Shown here piece by piece: positions 13,487 to 27,915 of a DNA stretch of 64,000 nt. Below the pieces are notes generated by a model, which did not search any database, had not been told where the DNA came from, and worked only from the letters and a program-made list of their open reading frames with translations. Both the position numbers and the translations under genes were made by a program. Source of the stretch: Octopus sinensis. Lineage: Eukaryota. The stretch's first letter is position 1, and every line of letters begins with the position of its first letter. The stretch spans positions 71,920,001-71,984,000 of the forward strand of contig NC_043003.1 of NCBI RefSeq assembly GCF_006345805.1, read 5' to 3'.

Positions 13487-14681
13487 GTATATATATACGC
13501 ATATATTATATATACAGACACTTGTCCTGTTACGAACAAATTTTCTGTCTCCCTTTTCAGCCATCCTTTCTAGAACCGCAGCCATGGTTCATTATTACTA
13601 TTTTCTGCAACAATCTTTGGAAATCGAATGCAAAGCTTCTTTTTTTTTCTGGTTTTTAAGTAATAATTGGCCCTTTCGTCTATGCAGACGGTCAATTTAG
13701 CTTAGAGGTCACTTAATCGAGCATATCAGGGTCTCCTTTTCTTGCAGCTTCTTTCATAGCTGATTCTTCCTATGATTGCAGCGCAGCTTCTGTCACAGTG
13801 CTTGCATACCAAGAGGGTGGCTCGGCTCTGCATTTCTGTTGTTTTCCTTTTTTTGCCGGTGACGCCTCTCAACTTGTTTGTTTCTATAGCTGCTCTCTAG
13901 TGAATCAGTTCCTTCCATCACTACAGTCCTCCACGTTGTTCTGTCCTCAGCCCTCTCTTCCCAGGTGCCGACATCCATCTCACACTTGGACAAACTAGTT
14001 TTTCAAGAGTCCTTATACCTCAGTTTTGGTCTTCCTCTTGGTCACTTGCCCTGGGCCACTTCTCCATAGAGCAGTTGCTTCGGGATTCGATGGTCAAGTA
14101 TTCTCTTGACGTGCCCCAGCCACCTCAGATAGCCATACACAAGATAGCTGTCATGCTTTGAAGATTCGCCTGGGCCAGCACTTCAACATTGGTGACCTTG
14201 TCGCGCCATGTTATAACTAAAATCTTGCAAAGGCATCTGAGATGGAAAATGCCGAGACACCTTTCCCGTCTGCTGTACAAGGTCCATGTTTCAGATCCAT
14301 AGAGTGTGCTTAGAACACATGCTTCATAAATTCTGATCTTTGTCTTGATGTCTAATCTCTTGTTCTTCCATACTCGTTTTGTCAGTCTTCCAAAAATTGT
14401 TGCTGCCTTCCCTATCCTGACGTTAATCTCATCATCAAGTGAAGTAGCGGAGGAAGTGGTAGACCCCTGATAGCAGAAATCACATAACTCCCACAGGTTA
14501 GGGAATGAAATACTTCAAACAGACGAATTGCATGTTGCTTAGTCGAATTAGCTCATTATTTACTCCACAAATGTTTTCTTGTCAGTGCTGCACATTCCCA
14601 TATCACCTGTTTCAACATAACTGTAATATTATATACAAACTATGCCATTTTAATCCCGAGAAACGCCGGGTGTCTCTGATA

Positions 14682-14730
<49 letters not shown>

Positions 14731-14839
14731 GAGAGAGGGGGGAGAGGAAAAAAGACAGAAACAAATAGATAATAGGAAAATAAAAGGAAGATCAACTAGC
14801 GAGATAATGAAGCTATTTAACACAAGTTCATTATCATAA

Positions 14840-14927
<88 letters not shown>

Positions 14928-14936
14928 CATTATTAT

Positions 14937-15213
14937 TGGGTGAAAGAGCAGTGCATGCCATTAAAGTGACACTGGGGTAAAATATACAAAGCCCAGTAAA
15001 ACCATCATGACTACCTGTCAGATAAAGGTAGACTAGGCACATGCATCACAACCATATGTGCGCAACATGGTCATCTCATATAAAAAAAAAGACAAACAGC
15101 ACATGGACTTGCAGATGAGGCCCAGTTGGAATTTTCTTCAGATCGGGTAACTCATCCCGCTCAAAAGGCCCATGAATAAGGATTGTTTAATGATGTTGAA
15201 CGAAGCACCCATG
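14937..15213 (-). mobile_element. (AAT)n-tailed retroposon 3' fragment; related copies 39670-40000(+) and 55695-55995(-)
   Basis: Shared sequence GCATGCC.T.AAAGTGACACTGGGGTAAAATATAC...CATGGT.ATCTCATAT. The copies at 14937 and 39670 end in long (AAT)n runs. Confidence 0.75.
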
Positions 15214-15341
15214 TTATATATGTATATATGTGTATATATGTATAACTTGTGTTAAATAGCTTCATTCTCTCGCTAGTTGATCTTCCTTTTATTTTCCTAT
15301 TATCTATTTGTTTCTGTCTTTTTTCCTCTCCCCCCTCTCTC

Positions 15342-15380
<39 letters not shown>

Positions 15381-15564
15381 TATCAGAGACACCCGGCGTT
15401 TCTCGGGATTAAAATGGCTATGTTTGTATATAATATTACAGTTATGTTGAAACAGGTGATATGGGAATGTGCAGCACTGACAAGAAAACATTTGTGGAGT
15501 AAATAATGAGCTAATTCGACTAAGCAACATGCAATTCGTCTGTTTGAAGTATTTCATTCCCTAA

Positions 15565-16400
15565 CCTGTGGGAGTTATGTGATTTCTGCTATCAGGGGTC
15601 TACCACTTCCTCCGCTACTTCACTTGATGATGAGATTAACGTCAGGATAGGGAAGGCAGCAACAATTTTTGGAAGACTGACAAAACGAGTATGGAAGAAC
15701 AAGAGATTAGACATCAAGACAAAGATCAGAATTTATGAAGCATGTGTTCTAAGCACACTCTATGGATCTGAAACATGGACCTTGTACAGCAGACGGGAAA
15801 GGTGTCTCGGCATTTTCCATCTCAGATGCCTTTGCAAGATTTTAGTTATAACATGGCGCGACAAGGTCACCAATGTTGAAGTGCTGGCCCAGGCGAATCT
15901 TCAAAGCATGACAGCTATCTTGTGTATGGCTATCTGAGGTGGCTGGGGCATGTCAAGAGAATACTTGACCATCGAATCCCGAAGCAACTGCTCTATGGAG
16001 AAGTGGCCCAGGGCAAGTGACCAAGAGGAAGACCAAAACTGAGGTATAAGGACTCTTGAAAAACTAGTTTGTCCAAGTGTGAGATGGATGTCGGCACCTG
16101 GGAAGAGAGGGCTGAGGACAGAACAACGTGGAGGACTGTAGTGATGGAAGGAACTGATTCACTAGAGAGCAGCTATAGAAACAAACAAGTTGAGAGGCGT
16201 CACCGGCAAAAAAAGGAAAACAACAGAAATGCAGAGCCGAGCCACCCTCTTGGTATGCAAGCACTGTGACAGAAGCTGCGCTGCAATCATAGGAAGAATC
16301 AGCTATGAAAGAAGCTGCAAGAAAAGGAGACCCTGATATGCTCGATTAAGTGACCTCTAAGCTAAATTGACCGTCTGCATAGACGAAAGGGCCAATTATT
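15565..16400 (+). mobile_element. RTE-clade (BovB-like) LINE 3' fragment; mirrored copy at about 13660-14495(-)
   Basis: SLDDEINVRIGKAATIFGRLTKRVWKN...LYGSETWTLY...LRWLGHVKRI.DHRIPKQLLYGE...RGRPKLRYKD. Confidence 0.9.
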
Positions 16401-16439
16401 ACTTAAAAACCAGAAAAAAAAAAGAAGCTTTGCATTCGA

Positions 16440-17610
16440 TTTCCAAAGATTGTTGCAGAAAATAGTAATAATGAACCATGGCTGCGGTTCTAGAAAGGAT
16501 GGCTGAAAAGGGAGACAGAAAATTTGTTCGTAACAGGACAAGGTCAGACACTGAGAACTAGTTAGATAAAAGGCAAGACAGACAAAAATCAGGTAGATTT
16601 CAAATGTAAGTTATGTAAATCAATGGAGGAAAGCGTTACTTATATAGTTAGTGAACGTAGCATGCTGGCACAGAAAAAATACAAAAGACTTGAGAACTAA
16701 GGGACAATAATCCATTGAGAGTTATGTAAGCAGCTAAGATTTGACTATAGTGCTAAACGGTATGAATATGAACTTAGTAAAGTATTAGAAAGTAAGAAAT
16801 ATAAAATGTGCGATTTTAACATTCAGACTGACAAGGAAGCTAGAAGCCAGAAGGCCTTGTAGACAAAGAGAATAGAAAGTCCCAAATGATGAGAAAGTCA
16901 ATTATGAGAGGTATAGAGAAAATAGCAAAGTACCAGAACCTAACCACTGAGTTATAACAGGCCATGGAATAGGCGAGAAAAATGTATCCCTGTAGTTATA
17001 AGTGCTTTAGGAACTATACCTAAAGATTTGAACAGATGGATAAAAGAAATGGCATAATACCTAACTTAGTGCAGCTCCAGAAAACAGTGTTATTAGGGAC
17101 TGCAAGGATACTTAGGAAGGTTCTAGGCCTCTAAGGTTATTTATTGTAGCCTGATGTTAGAAATTTCGTCAGTAGAGTATAAATCAAGACATGAGAGTTG
17201 GTCAATATCTAGGTTGGTTAATATGTCGGCGTTATAAAACTGTCTATAAATAGTATAATCATCACCCTTTGGCTGTAACTGAGGGAGAAAATGTAACAAT
17301 TCTTAGAGACTTGCCAGTACATACAGACTGAACCATTAAAGCTAAAAAAATGGATGAGTATTCCTTGTGATCATAAAATTTCGGCAAAAACATTTGACAA
17401 GCTCAGAAAATGTAAATTTTCAATTTGAAATTGAAAAAAATGTGACATGTCAAGGCGGTTACAATACCAGTGATTGTAGGAACACTAAGAATGATCAAAA
17501 AAAGAACAGAAAATTATTTGAGAAAGATGCCTGACTTAGCATCCCTACAAGAAGTGCAAAAAATTGTTTGAAGTGGTGCGTCACGCGTATTGAGAAGAAC
17601 TGTTTCGATG
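16440..17610 (+). mobile_element. R4/Dong-type LINE fragments (restriction-like endonuclease end), two pieces
   Basis: [11 protein letters not shown]...CKLCKSMEESVTYIVSE..MLAQKKYK, KIAKYQNL, IPVVISALGTIPK, LQKTVLLGTARILRKVL. Second piece 17280-17610: IPVIVGTL..IKK...LQEVQKIV. Confidence 0.8.
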
Positions 17611-17629
17611 TGTGAGCGATTACTATTCA

Positions 17630-18290
17630 AGTAATAGATAACGGATGCAAAGTAGGCGTTCACCACACCCACCTCTGCCTTTATCCTTAGTTTCCTCTCG
17701 GCCCATTTCTTGACCATCTTTTCCTAGTTCTGGACTAAACCAAAATCCGAAGCAATTTAACCGGTCCGCCTGTTTGTCCGTCTGTCAATCACTCCACGGC
17801 TTTACTGTATGGCATGGACATCCCTCTCCAGGTGTTGAGCAGCCGGTTCACTGATTTCTCCGGGGTAATAATTTTACCTCCTATTATCGCCAATATCGCT
17901 GTTTATTGCAGCGACCCAGTTTCTAAACACAGGCCCAGACTCAGCCTCTTTCATGATAGCCACCAGGTATTCATGATCACCTATATGACAAGCTTTCGAT
18001 TGATCTAAATTGATCAAGGTGCCATGCATGCCGGGTTCTGTGCCCACTCTTTCTTTGAAATGGATGTTGCCGCGGATAAATTTATTGGATATTCAACTCT
18101 ACATTTAGCAGAGTTACAAGCCTAAAGTTGTTAATAATTTTCCCTTCCTGGGATTCTTTCTCAGAATCAGAACTACCTATTTTTGCAGAATTGGGAATTC
18201 TTCCGTCCTGCTGCTAGTTGCAGTAGATATCTGCTAGGATGTTCCCGCAACAAACCTGGTATATGGCAATTCTAGGTTAGTAACTAGCTT
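17630..18290 (-). mobile_element. Tx1/L1-clade RT fragment
   Basis: VLILRKNPRKGKIINNFRLVTLLNVE and KKWAERKLRIKAEVGVVNAYFASVIYYL. Confidence 0.75.
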
Positions 18291-18879
18291 TCCATCTACT
18301 CTAGAATTCACTATGATGACTTAACTAAATCTTATCGGACTCTAATCTAATAGCCCTATTTAAGGCTAATCACTAACAGTTTTTGCCGACTTCCCTCGCA
18401 AACAATCATGGCTTTCAATTGGCAGGAGCACAAAGCATTTAAAATTGAATATCTGAAAAAATGTCTTCCTCAATTTTTGAGAGATAGAAACTGAAGTGCA
18501 CTTCGCTACAAATCTTTCTTCAACCCATTGAGTCCCTTCACCTGCTCCAAGCCAATATTGTAGTTGATGTGCGTTTGTGTCGACTATCATTGGCCAGGAC
18601 AAACAGCTTGGATATTACTTCCCACCAACTCAGTCGGCTACTTTTATTACATAAGATATCCGGTAGGTCTCCAAGGAACGAAATTCTACGCTTTAGAATT
18701 TCAAAAGAAATAGGAAGTCTGCTTGTTTATATGAAGCAAATATTTAAACCTATTCTCCCTCACTCATATATGCGTATGTATTTGTATGTGCGTGTTTGTA
18801 TACGCACACGCACACGCACACGCACACACACTCACACATACACATATATATACACATACATACATACACATATCTATCT

Positions 18880-18912
<33 letters not shown>

Positions 18913-19254
18913 TATATATATAAATACATTCACAAACACAATATATATGTATATACAAGCAAGCACACATATGTATGTATACATAAATACATCAATTGAA
19001 CATGTGTGTCTTCGTGTGTACATATTTCACAAACACCCATGCATGCACAGACTCTCGTATTTTTCTGTGTGTATGTATGTATGTGTGCATACTGAATCCT
19101 ACTTCACAATTTTCTATAAAATTGTTTGGGATTACATCAATTTCAAATTCAAACTGAGTCTGGTGTACATCTAAATTATTCTGGCTTTATTGTGTTCTGT
19201 TTGTTTTGAGCAGTTCCAAATATAATGTTGTTGAAAACTGCAAGTACTGAAGTG

Positions 19255-19640
19255 GTTGAGTGAACAGTTCGGAAGCAGATATCACGGTCAGAAAGGCTCA
19301 AGCATGGACCGACTGTCACAAACTAATTAAGGTGTGGTATTCCAAATTGCACAGGCGAATCAAAATCAAGTTGTTCATTGCATCTGTCGAATCAGTGCTA
19401 ATATATGGCAGTGAAACATGGACACTGACAAAGAAATTATCAAATGGGTTAAATGGATGCTACACAAGGACGCAACAAATCATTCTAAATATGAAATACC
19501 AGCAACATATGACGAACGAATGCCTCTATGGAAACCTACCAAAATTTAGCGAGAACATCAGGTAAAGGCAGCTGCAACTATCTAGTCACTGCATGCGTTA
19601 CTCTGAACTGGAAGCATTCAAAGTACACTTGTGGAAAGCG
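19255..19640 (+). mobile_element. RTE-clade LINE RT fragment
   Basis: ORF 19260-19565: SSEADITVRKAQAW...IKIKLFIASVESVLIYGSETWTLT...TNECLYGNLPK. Confidence 0.85.
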
Positions 19641-19714
19641 CCACTAAAAAGCTATTACTGACCGTCAACATAGCGCTTATCAAATTCATTGTCAATGTTA
19701 TATTCAAAAATGTC

Positions 19715-20915
19715 CTCATCGGGATCCTAATGCTATCTAAGTCAGAGGTGTCTGCTTCCTCATATAAAGGATTCCTTCTGTGCTCTGGAGGGAATTGCTA
19801 AAGCCACATTTTTTAAAAGACCGTAAAACTCTCCGTTTACACCGCATTCCCAACATTTTTTTTATTCACTGGCAAACCTGAGCTTCTACATCCGACCTGT
19901 TGGTGTTAGTTTATGTGGGAGCACCACCCATTTATCCCATTCCTCCCGCATCTAATACTTAAAAGGTTTGTTTATTGCTAAATCGAGACCTTATACTTGG
20001 CCTGTTAATCTCCCAGGTTTTACAGCCAGTTGAGTGTTTAATCTATTTTCTCTGCTATTGGTGGCCTTTATTACATGAGGCCGGAACTAATCCAATACAA
20101 GAAGCGATGATTTTTTTTGAGAAGTCCACTGGTAAGCCACGACCACAAGATTTCTAACCAGAGTCTTATTCCACCCTCATCGATCCATCGATCCATCCAT
20201 CGATCCATCCATCCATCCATCCACCTATCCATTAGGGTGAACATAGATGATAATTCCTGGTGAAATATTTTCTTTTGGCATTGTTTTCTGTAAAGGCGGT
20301 AATTTGGTGTCAACACAACAAGCAAATACACGTGAAAAATGTGATTTCTCATGGCCGGAGGTTTTTTTATAGCTACAGTTTTAGAATCTTTTACGTCAAC
20401 ACACTTATCAGTCAATATATTAAACCTCATGGGAACTTCATCCATATTTGCAATCTGTCTCAATTCAAACTTTGTTTTTTCTTTTCTGGCACTTAAAATA
20501 AGTATGGTTTTATCGGCATTTTTGTGCTATTTTTGTTCGTTTCGTTTCGTTTCGTGATTCTGTAGCTTTGTCTCTTAGTACCAGAAAAATCAAAATGTCC
20601 TCTTGCAGCTACCTTATTTTGACTTCGTAAATGATTTGTTCAGTTGACATTGCAAAATAGTAGCTTTTTGATTTAAAACCTAGGTTTTTATCGCAATTTC
20701 AAGGTCCAATGACTTAGGCTTCGGTTTGCGACGGTTGTATTCAGATCTTCCAGCCTGCTGAAGTTTCTCCTCTCGTTTACGCTAGATACGAACCATTTCC
20801 TTTGTTGAAGAGACCCAAAAATGCATTGCAGCAATTCGGTTGCTATGCTCATTTGCGAATGATATTACTTGATATAACTGACTGAGTAGGGATGTTTTAT
20901 CTTTGACGCCATTAT
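19715..20915 (-). mobile_element. Decayed pogo-family transposase (POGK-like DDE_1)
   Basis: QIANMDEVPMRFN...KTVAIK, INKPFKY*MREEWDKW, LTPTGRM, RSFKKCG; N-terminal FANEHSNRIAAMHF resembles a Brinker-like DNA-binding domain. Confidence 0.8.
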
Positions 20916-21369
20916 GAGGTTTTTATAATTATAAAATCTGTCTGCGCATCACGGTCATTCGGTGACAACCTGAGATCAACATCATAAATATGAAAACAAA
21001 TATCACTAATGGTTAACAGCTACTTAAGCTTTAGATAGCTTGATTATTCTTTATAATAACACTCATGGATTTTTTAAGTTTCCGAATTCGTAATATACAT
21101 CGAGGAAGTACCCCTAGTGTTAATTAAAAATAACTGTATCAAATAAAAATGATGTTAACAGTCTGTCAAGAAAACCACAGAATTTGAATATTCTGCTATT
21201 TTTATTTCTTTTATGTTTTGGCAATAATGATTGTTATCCGCTTATTTAAACAAACAACAGTACACAGCAGCTAGGGGCATGGGTATAGATTTGCTTATAA
21301 GACGCTAAATAAATATATTTGCAATAAGTTACTATAACTACACGTCTGGTTATATTAAACACCCCCCAC

Positions 21370-21462
<93 letters not shown>

Positions 21463-21479
21463 GCATACACATACATTTA

Positions 21480-22000
21480 GCAATTCAAACAATGAACTCT
21501 AACAACTGATAGCTGTAGTGGCTGTACCGGCTGACCTGTTTACTTCAGACTTCATTGAAGATAGTTATGCCTTAAATGAGATGGAATAAAGGAATGTACT
21601 ACCCTTCTGTGACATCTGCAGGCTGAATAGTAAAATAAGTCCAACATCAACACGCACACACCTCCATTCCCATATAACTACCATTCCTTCCTCTCTTTCG
21701 ATCGTTTCCCCCTCTTCCTCACCAAATACACTCAGAAATACTCAACCAACTTCTGGCACTGGTCAAAAAGAGATAAACAACTCTGTTAAACATCCATTAA
21801 TATTATATCGTCTGAAGAAATGAATTCATGGAGATGCTCTATTCAATGGCCACAGATACTATGGTCTACACTGTATTCATCCCAGGAATACTGACTGTGA
21901 TCTTAAGAGACATGTGATTTTTGGAAACGCGCTTACCGAGGCATTAAATGTTTATAAATTCCATCCAAGGATTATTGGTATTACTACTATCTTTATCCTA
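21480..22000 (+). repeat. pLTR-like remnant with decayed HHR motif (21808-21939)
   Basis: TCGT-CTGAAGA-AATGAATTCATG...CATGTGATTTTT-GGAAACGCGCTTA-CCGA; adjacent to (TA)n. Confidence 0.4.
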
Positions 22001-22691
22001 CATCATATCGGTACAGCTCTATGCACTCACAAATAAACTGGTTCACCAGTCAGCATTATTAGACTGTGGCCGTCATAATTGAACAGGAGCTTTATTTGCA
22101 TATTCAAAACGTTTCCTGTAAACAAATTTAATATATTTATTTATATATTGACTGAACTTGCAAAATGACCATTCCTAAATACAACAAATTTAATATACAT
22201 ATGTACAATTTAAAATTCAAATAACTAACTCTCTTTGATGAGTTCACTTTTTCATTTTTAAATTCTATCGTAGTTAAATTATTTTTCTATAAATCTGTTA
22301 ATGTAATTATATCCACGTATGGCCGAATCACTTTATTCAGTAAATATGAACAATTTAAATGTTTGTTTCGAATAAGTATTTGTGAAGAAATACTGTAATC
22401 TAACATCTGTACAAGGGTGCTTGATTAACTCTAAGCAGATACTTGACTGATACTTTATTTTATCGAGCTAAAGAATAATGAAAATACAGTTGGCCTTGAT
22501 CGAATTTGAACACTGAAGGAAATGAATCGGAAACTAAATAGCTCTCATGTTCGACACTCTAATGTTACTGGTAATCCCGTATAAAGTAATAAGCAGTAAT
22601 CTTTTATAAAATAATTGTTGGTACCCACATACAAAACAAAGAGAATTACAACTTAACGCAAAGAACTGAGTTCATAAAGTTATAGTGCATA

Positions 22692-22744
<53 letters not shown>

Positions 22745-22988
22745 AAATAGGCAACAAGTATATCCAAGGTAGAGTATTATAATTGTTTCATGCTATTTCA
22801 TTTTATTAAACAGTGTAAGTGTTACATCAGTTTTAAAATGTTGAGCAATCTTCAGCCACTTATAAAATTTTCCAATCAAACGGACAATGCACATTCTTAT
22901 CCCTATTTCATTGTATGGATAATACCATACAAAATCCTGGTGCCTTTGACTTAATTACCATATTCATCTGAATCTAAATTTTGCTGAA

Positions 22989-23047
<59 letters not shown>

Positions 23048-24194
23048 CAATTGCAGCGTGGAAGGTGTTTATAAGCCATTTATGAAACACAAAAACCGTT
23101 AGATTCACTTCAACATTTAAATTTAATTTGTCAAAATATTTTCGTCGCTTTGAGACCGCGACAAAACTTCGTGCTGCAGCACGTGCAAAATATTGCACGT
23201 AAACCCGGAGTTTCCACCTTTAAAAACAAGGAGTTATGCCCTTTTTACTCGTGTGATTTTTTGCCACCCTGGCAACTATTTATTTTTTCCGTGTTAATTG
23301 TAAGCAAGGGGAAAATACACACATCTATACATACATACATGCATAACATGGTACATAGAATGGGAAAAAATCTGAAAGGAATATCACGTAAAGCAACCAA
23401 TCAGTATCAACAGCATACCTGACATTTCAAAATTAAACATGGTATTTTAGTGGACGACATTGAGATAATCCTTACCGCGCACACACATTATCCAATGTTT
23501 TCACATAATACAGAAGCACTATACATATAAATGCAGAATCAGAACCCATCCAAAGTCGGAAAAAGATCCTATTAAACTGATCCCCTTCATACATACACGC
23601 GCGCACTCACTCACGCACGCACGCACGCATGCATCACACACACACACGTACACACACACACACACACACACATACACACACGCACGCACGCTCTCTCTCT
23701 CTCTCACATACACACACAACACACAACACACACACACACACACACACACACATCCTGTTTATATATATTTGTATATAGATGATCTCGAAATAATCTCATT
23801 TTGTTCGGAATGGGCCACTTTTCCTAATATCACAGCAGAAAGTAAGTCATTTGTGCCAACCAATTCTTTCTCTTTCCTAACCTTGTTCTCTGCAGTATAT
23901 ATATTAACTTAATATTGTTATTTTTACTTCTTGAATTATATAATCGACCTATTATAGGATTTGTTTATTGTTTCTCTCATAAAATTTAATTTACCTTTCA
24001 TAATTTCAAGTTTTATCGGCATATTTGAAATACAGCGTAAAGGATACTATTGCATTCCATGCATATACACGCCATTGCGAACGTCTGTGGATATATGTAC
24101 ATCTATGTGTGTGTATGTGCACGTGCATGTGCTTATATATATGTGTGTGAGTGTGTGTGTGTGTGCGTGCATGCGTGGGTGTGTGTGTATCTAC

Positions 24195-24960
24195 ACAGGG
24201 TGGGGCATTTAAATTTAGGCCGTTTTAAATATATCTTAAGTGTCGTGAATTAAGAGCTAATCTTTTGCATGTAATGAATTTAAGATATCAAATTTAAGTT
24301 TTTTTTGTTTTGTTTATTTACATATTGTGGTTGAATGTACTAGAATTATGCTATAATTGCGCCAAAATGTTTTTGCTAAAATGAACTGCGCTGGGCGTCG
24401 CCTCATGACTTCATTGCCGATACAGGGCGTTGCCTGACGACATCATTGTAAAAGCAGCAGATTATCGTACTTTGGTTAAGCTTAAGGCTACAAAAGATAT
24501 CATTGGTTCATTTTATGGTAATCGAACGATTGTAAATATGATCATAACTTTCTCTGTGATTTTAAAACGACCTGTTCCCATCAAGAAAAAGTTTCCACAA
24601 ACTGACCCCCACCAAAAATCAAAACAAAACAAAAGGAAATACAAAGCATTTTATGAGCAGGAGTGTGGTGTTTAGGTCCATTAAAACTGACTAGACGAAA
24701 GACATGTTTGCAAGCATGGAGATATTCTTTTTTCCAAATCTAAAATTTTTACGAAAAGATGTTCATAGACGATTAGATCAATCCTCATAAGAGCAGAATT
24801 ATGGTATTTTAGTTTTCCATGATTCCTGAAGTTATGCAAAGAAAGAGCCCAGTCTTAGTGATGGCATTTGGAATAGCTATAAGCAATAGGCATTTCTTGT
24901 CACCTCAATACATCACAGTAAGTTTCGACATCAACAAGTCTGAGTATTAAACTTCATAAA
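24195..24960 (+). mobile_element. Tc1/mariner-superfamily (maT/DD37D-like) transposase remnant
   Basis: Starts near CAGGGTG. GDILFSKSKIFT (cf. ILFSDEK.FT) and PEVMQRKSPVLVMAFGIAISNRHFLSP (cf. VM.TK.P..VMV.G.VS..G...PP). Confidence 0.6.
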
Positions 24961-25497
24961 ATTCTGAAAATTTGATTATCAAAAATTATAAGGTTCGTTT
25001 TGTCCAAATCTCTGCACCAGCAAAATGTATAAAGAATCTCTGTTTTCTTCCCGTATCTTGCCATCCATCTTCCTCATTTCTTTCTTCTATCCTTTCCGGT
25101 TCCTTCTCTGCTCTTTCCTGGGCTGAAAATCCCAGCGTCTATACCTTTTTCTTTCCGCATGAGGATTAAGCAGGGGCACTTGCACCCATCTTTCTTACCA
25201 CAACCTTCCATCTTTTCTCGAACACACCTCCCCTACTAAACAAGGTTTTGAAAACACCTCCCCTACTAAACAAGGTTTTTGAAACTTGTCTCTGTCTGTA
25301 CACATATATAATCCCCACCCTTTACCGAAAGCTGAACAGTTATCTCACTTACCCACAACAATAACAATAATAACGACAACCAATTACCTCCCTTTATTTA
25401 TCTACTTGTGAAGTCATTTCACTCGTGAATTTCATCACACACAACATGGACCAAATTTCTTCTTAAGAAAAATATATATTCAAATAAGTAAAACATG

Positions 25498-25653
25498 ATA
25501 TCATGAATAGCGATAGCGAAACCTGTCGATATATTAAAAATTATATTAAAACTATGTAAGTGTACGTATTTTTCTTTTTTTCTTTTTTATATACATTACA
25601 ACTCACAACGTGGGGATAATCGAAATTCCTCCTTTCTGTTACTACTACTACTA

Positions 25654-25655
<2 letters not shown>
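25498..25655 (+). repeat. pLTR-like dispersed repeat with decayed minimal HHR; inverted copy at 36430-36551
   Basis: ATATC-ATGAATA-GC GATA GC-GAAAC CT GTC-GATAT. About 125 bp is shared in reverse orientation with 36430-36551, and both copies end in (TA)n. Confidence 0.6.
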
Positions 25656-25691
<36 letters not shown>

Positions 25692-26039
25692 CATAAATGC
25701 ACCCATACATACACACTCACGCAAACACACACACACGAACACACACATATATACACGTATACAATATGTGTGTGTATGTGAGTGTCAATTCATGTGAATA
25801 TTTACTTTTAAAGTAGCCGGCTATAGTGGTTGAAATTCTAACCCTCCACTTGCCAATGAAAATTCTGTATTTTTGGAAATGCAACATTATTCTACTTGCT
25901 TCTGTCTCGCCTTTCCAAGTGTTACGTTCAAGTCATCAGTGGAAGTTACATCTCCAATGTAGAAATATGTGTAGAAAGAGAGAGGAAGGGGAGAGAGGGA
26001 AGCAAAGAAAGGGAATAGGGGAATCAGTGAAAAAATAGA

Positions 26040-26236
26040 AAAGGGAAACATGAAAGAGAGAGAGAGAGAAAGAGAGAGGTAGACAGAGCGGGAGAGAGAG
26101 GCAGACAGAGAAGGGAGAGAGGGTGGAGGAGGGAGAGAGAGAGGCAGACAGAGAAGGAGAGAGGGGGAGGAGGAGGGAGAGAGAGGGAGAAGGAAGGTTT
26201 ATATTATTAGAGATATGGTAAATAGATAGGTCGGTT

Positions 26237-26273
<37 letters not shown>

Positions 26274-26278
26274 TTAGT

Positions 26279-26340
<62 letters not shown>

Positions 26341-26395
26341 TATAGATAGATAGATAGACAGAAAAATAGACAGATAAAATAGATAGATAGTTGGT

Positions 26396-26457
<62 letters not shown>

Positions 26458-26532
26458 TAGATAGACAGAAAAATAGACAGATAAAAAGATAGATAGTTAG
26501 TTAGATAGATAGATAGATAGATAGATAGATAT

Positions 26533-26605
<73 letters not shown>
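26040..26605 (+). repeat. (GA)n-rich and (GATA)n microsatellite array
   Basis: Direct inspection. Confidence 0.95.
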
Positions 26606-26606
<1 letters not shown>

Positions 26607-27028
26607 TTGCTAAAACGATACGAGTTCAGACGTTCAGTTTTGTCTTTCTCTTAGCCTATTGTACGTTATGCGTCATTCATAGACAGTTTTAAAAACCGTC
26701 ATTCATAAGCGACGTATCAATGTCTTTTTGTTTTTTTTAAATGATTCTTTCACTCCAATCTTTCTATGCATGTCGTTGTTTCTTTTTCATGTTATGTTAT
26801 CTTCTAAGAGAAACTTGAAATATATCCGCAGTGATACAACTTTTGAATTCCTAGTGTTATGTTCTGTTATCATACAAAATTCAAAGTATACTATAAATGT
26901 TGTTTTTTTGTTGTTTTTTTAGCTGCTGTAAATCGTTTTGTTTACATTTTGAAAGCGACCTCTGGTGCATTACTTTTACAATAACGATCGACAGGAGTCG
27001 TCATTTCGCGTCCAGTGTTTTTACCGAA

Positions 27029-27249
27029 CCCTTTCGTTACCAACCCGGCTGAAACCGGCTCTGGCTCTTTAGTATAAATGTCTTGTTTTCATAAGTTTTG
27101 AATTCAAAATTTCCACCAAATTTTAGTCACAATTTATGTTCCTAACACTAGCTCAATGATAACGATGTTATTTTACTAAATTCTTTCTTATATTTAAAAT
27201 AATTGGAAGAAACACAGAGCATCTCAAAATAAATACAGTAACGAAAGGG
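27029..27249. mobile_element. piggyBac-type MITE
   Basis: TIR CCCTTTCGTTAC / GTAACGAAAGGG; TTAA on the right flank, left flank CGAA (decayed). Confidence 0.75.
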
Positions 27250-27369
27250 TTAACTTGCTATGTATGCGTCGATTCATATTACAGCTTACCACCCCATATT
27301 TAACAGAATTACAAAGTTTTCATCGATAGCTTCAAGCAGCTTTACGAGCACATTGCAATTCAGAAATAT

Positions 27370-27915
27370 GGCGAGAAACCCTGCTGAGAATGTTACTGTG
27401 TTTATGTACCGTTGTCAAGGAAGACCGAGGTGGTTGCTCTCCGGTAGAATTTCTGTATGATTCAGCACTTAAACTGGCTGGTCAAATGTTATTGACTATA
27501 ACTTCTAAACAACATGATCCTACCAACAATAAATCATCGAAATCATACGATGGTGTTACCTGCGTTAATACCAAGACTGCCTCAGTCGATTAACCCAATA
27601 TGAATATCTGGACTTACGTATATGTACGCCGCAAAATTGCAGTCAAGCATCATTTGCAGACAGTTTATTCCGGCCTGTACCGTGCGTTAAAAGCTAAACC
27701 TAAGTATATAGCTTTGAATATTCAAGAGAAACAGGAGACAATCAGTGTTGATCGACTTAAGCAGGCTTTTATCGAGTCTGTTCCCCTACCACCACCTTTC
27801 CCTTCCTTTTCTGTCACACTCAAGCAATTCACACATAAACATAAGATATTATCAAGCAACTGTGCATTTAATTCTGGTAGGGTAACCAACAGTGGAAGAA
27901 GAGTACAATAGCCAG
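27370..27915 (+). mobile_element. Gypsy integrase C-terminal remnant
   Basis: TVVKEDRGGCSPVEFLY..LKLAGQ, HLQTVYSGLYRAL...ETISVDRLKQAF (GPY/F region) and terminal SGRRV. Confidence 0.75.

Larger units (their letters stand above)
13521..16542. repeat. Near-identical inverted duplication: arms 13521-14828 and 15244-16542, 415-bp spacer
   Basis: Arms are reverse complements, with identical ORF pairs 13793-13993(-)/16069-16269(+). Only a few substitutions and microsatellite length differences were seen. Confidence 0.95.

Noticed and set aside
18366-18602. 78-aa non-repetitive ORF as a host exon
   Set aside because: No recognisable motif or clear splice signals, and it is adjacent to decayed LINE sequence.
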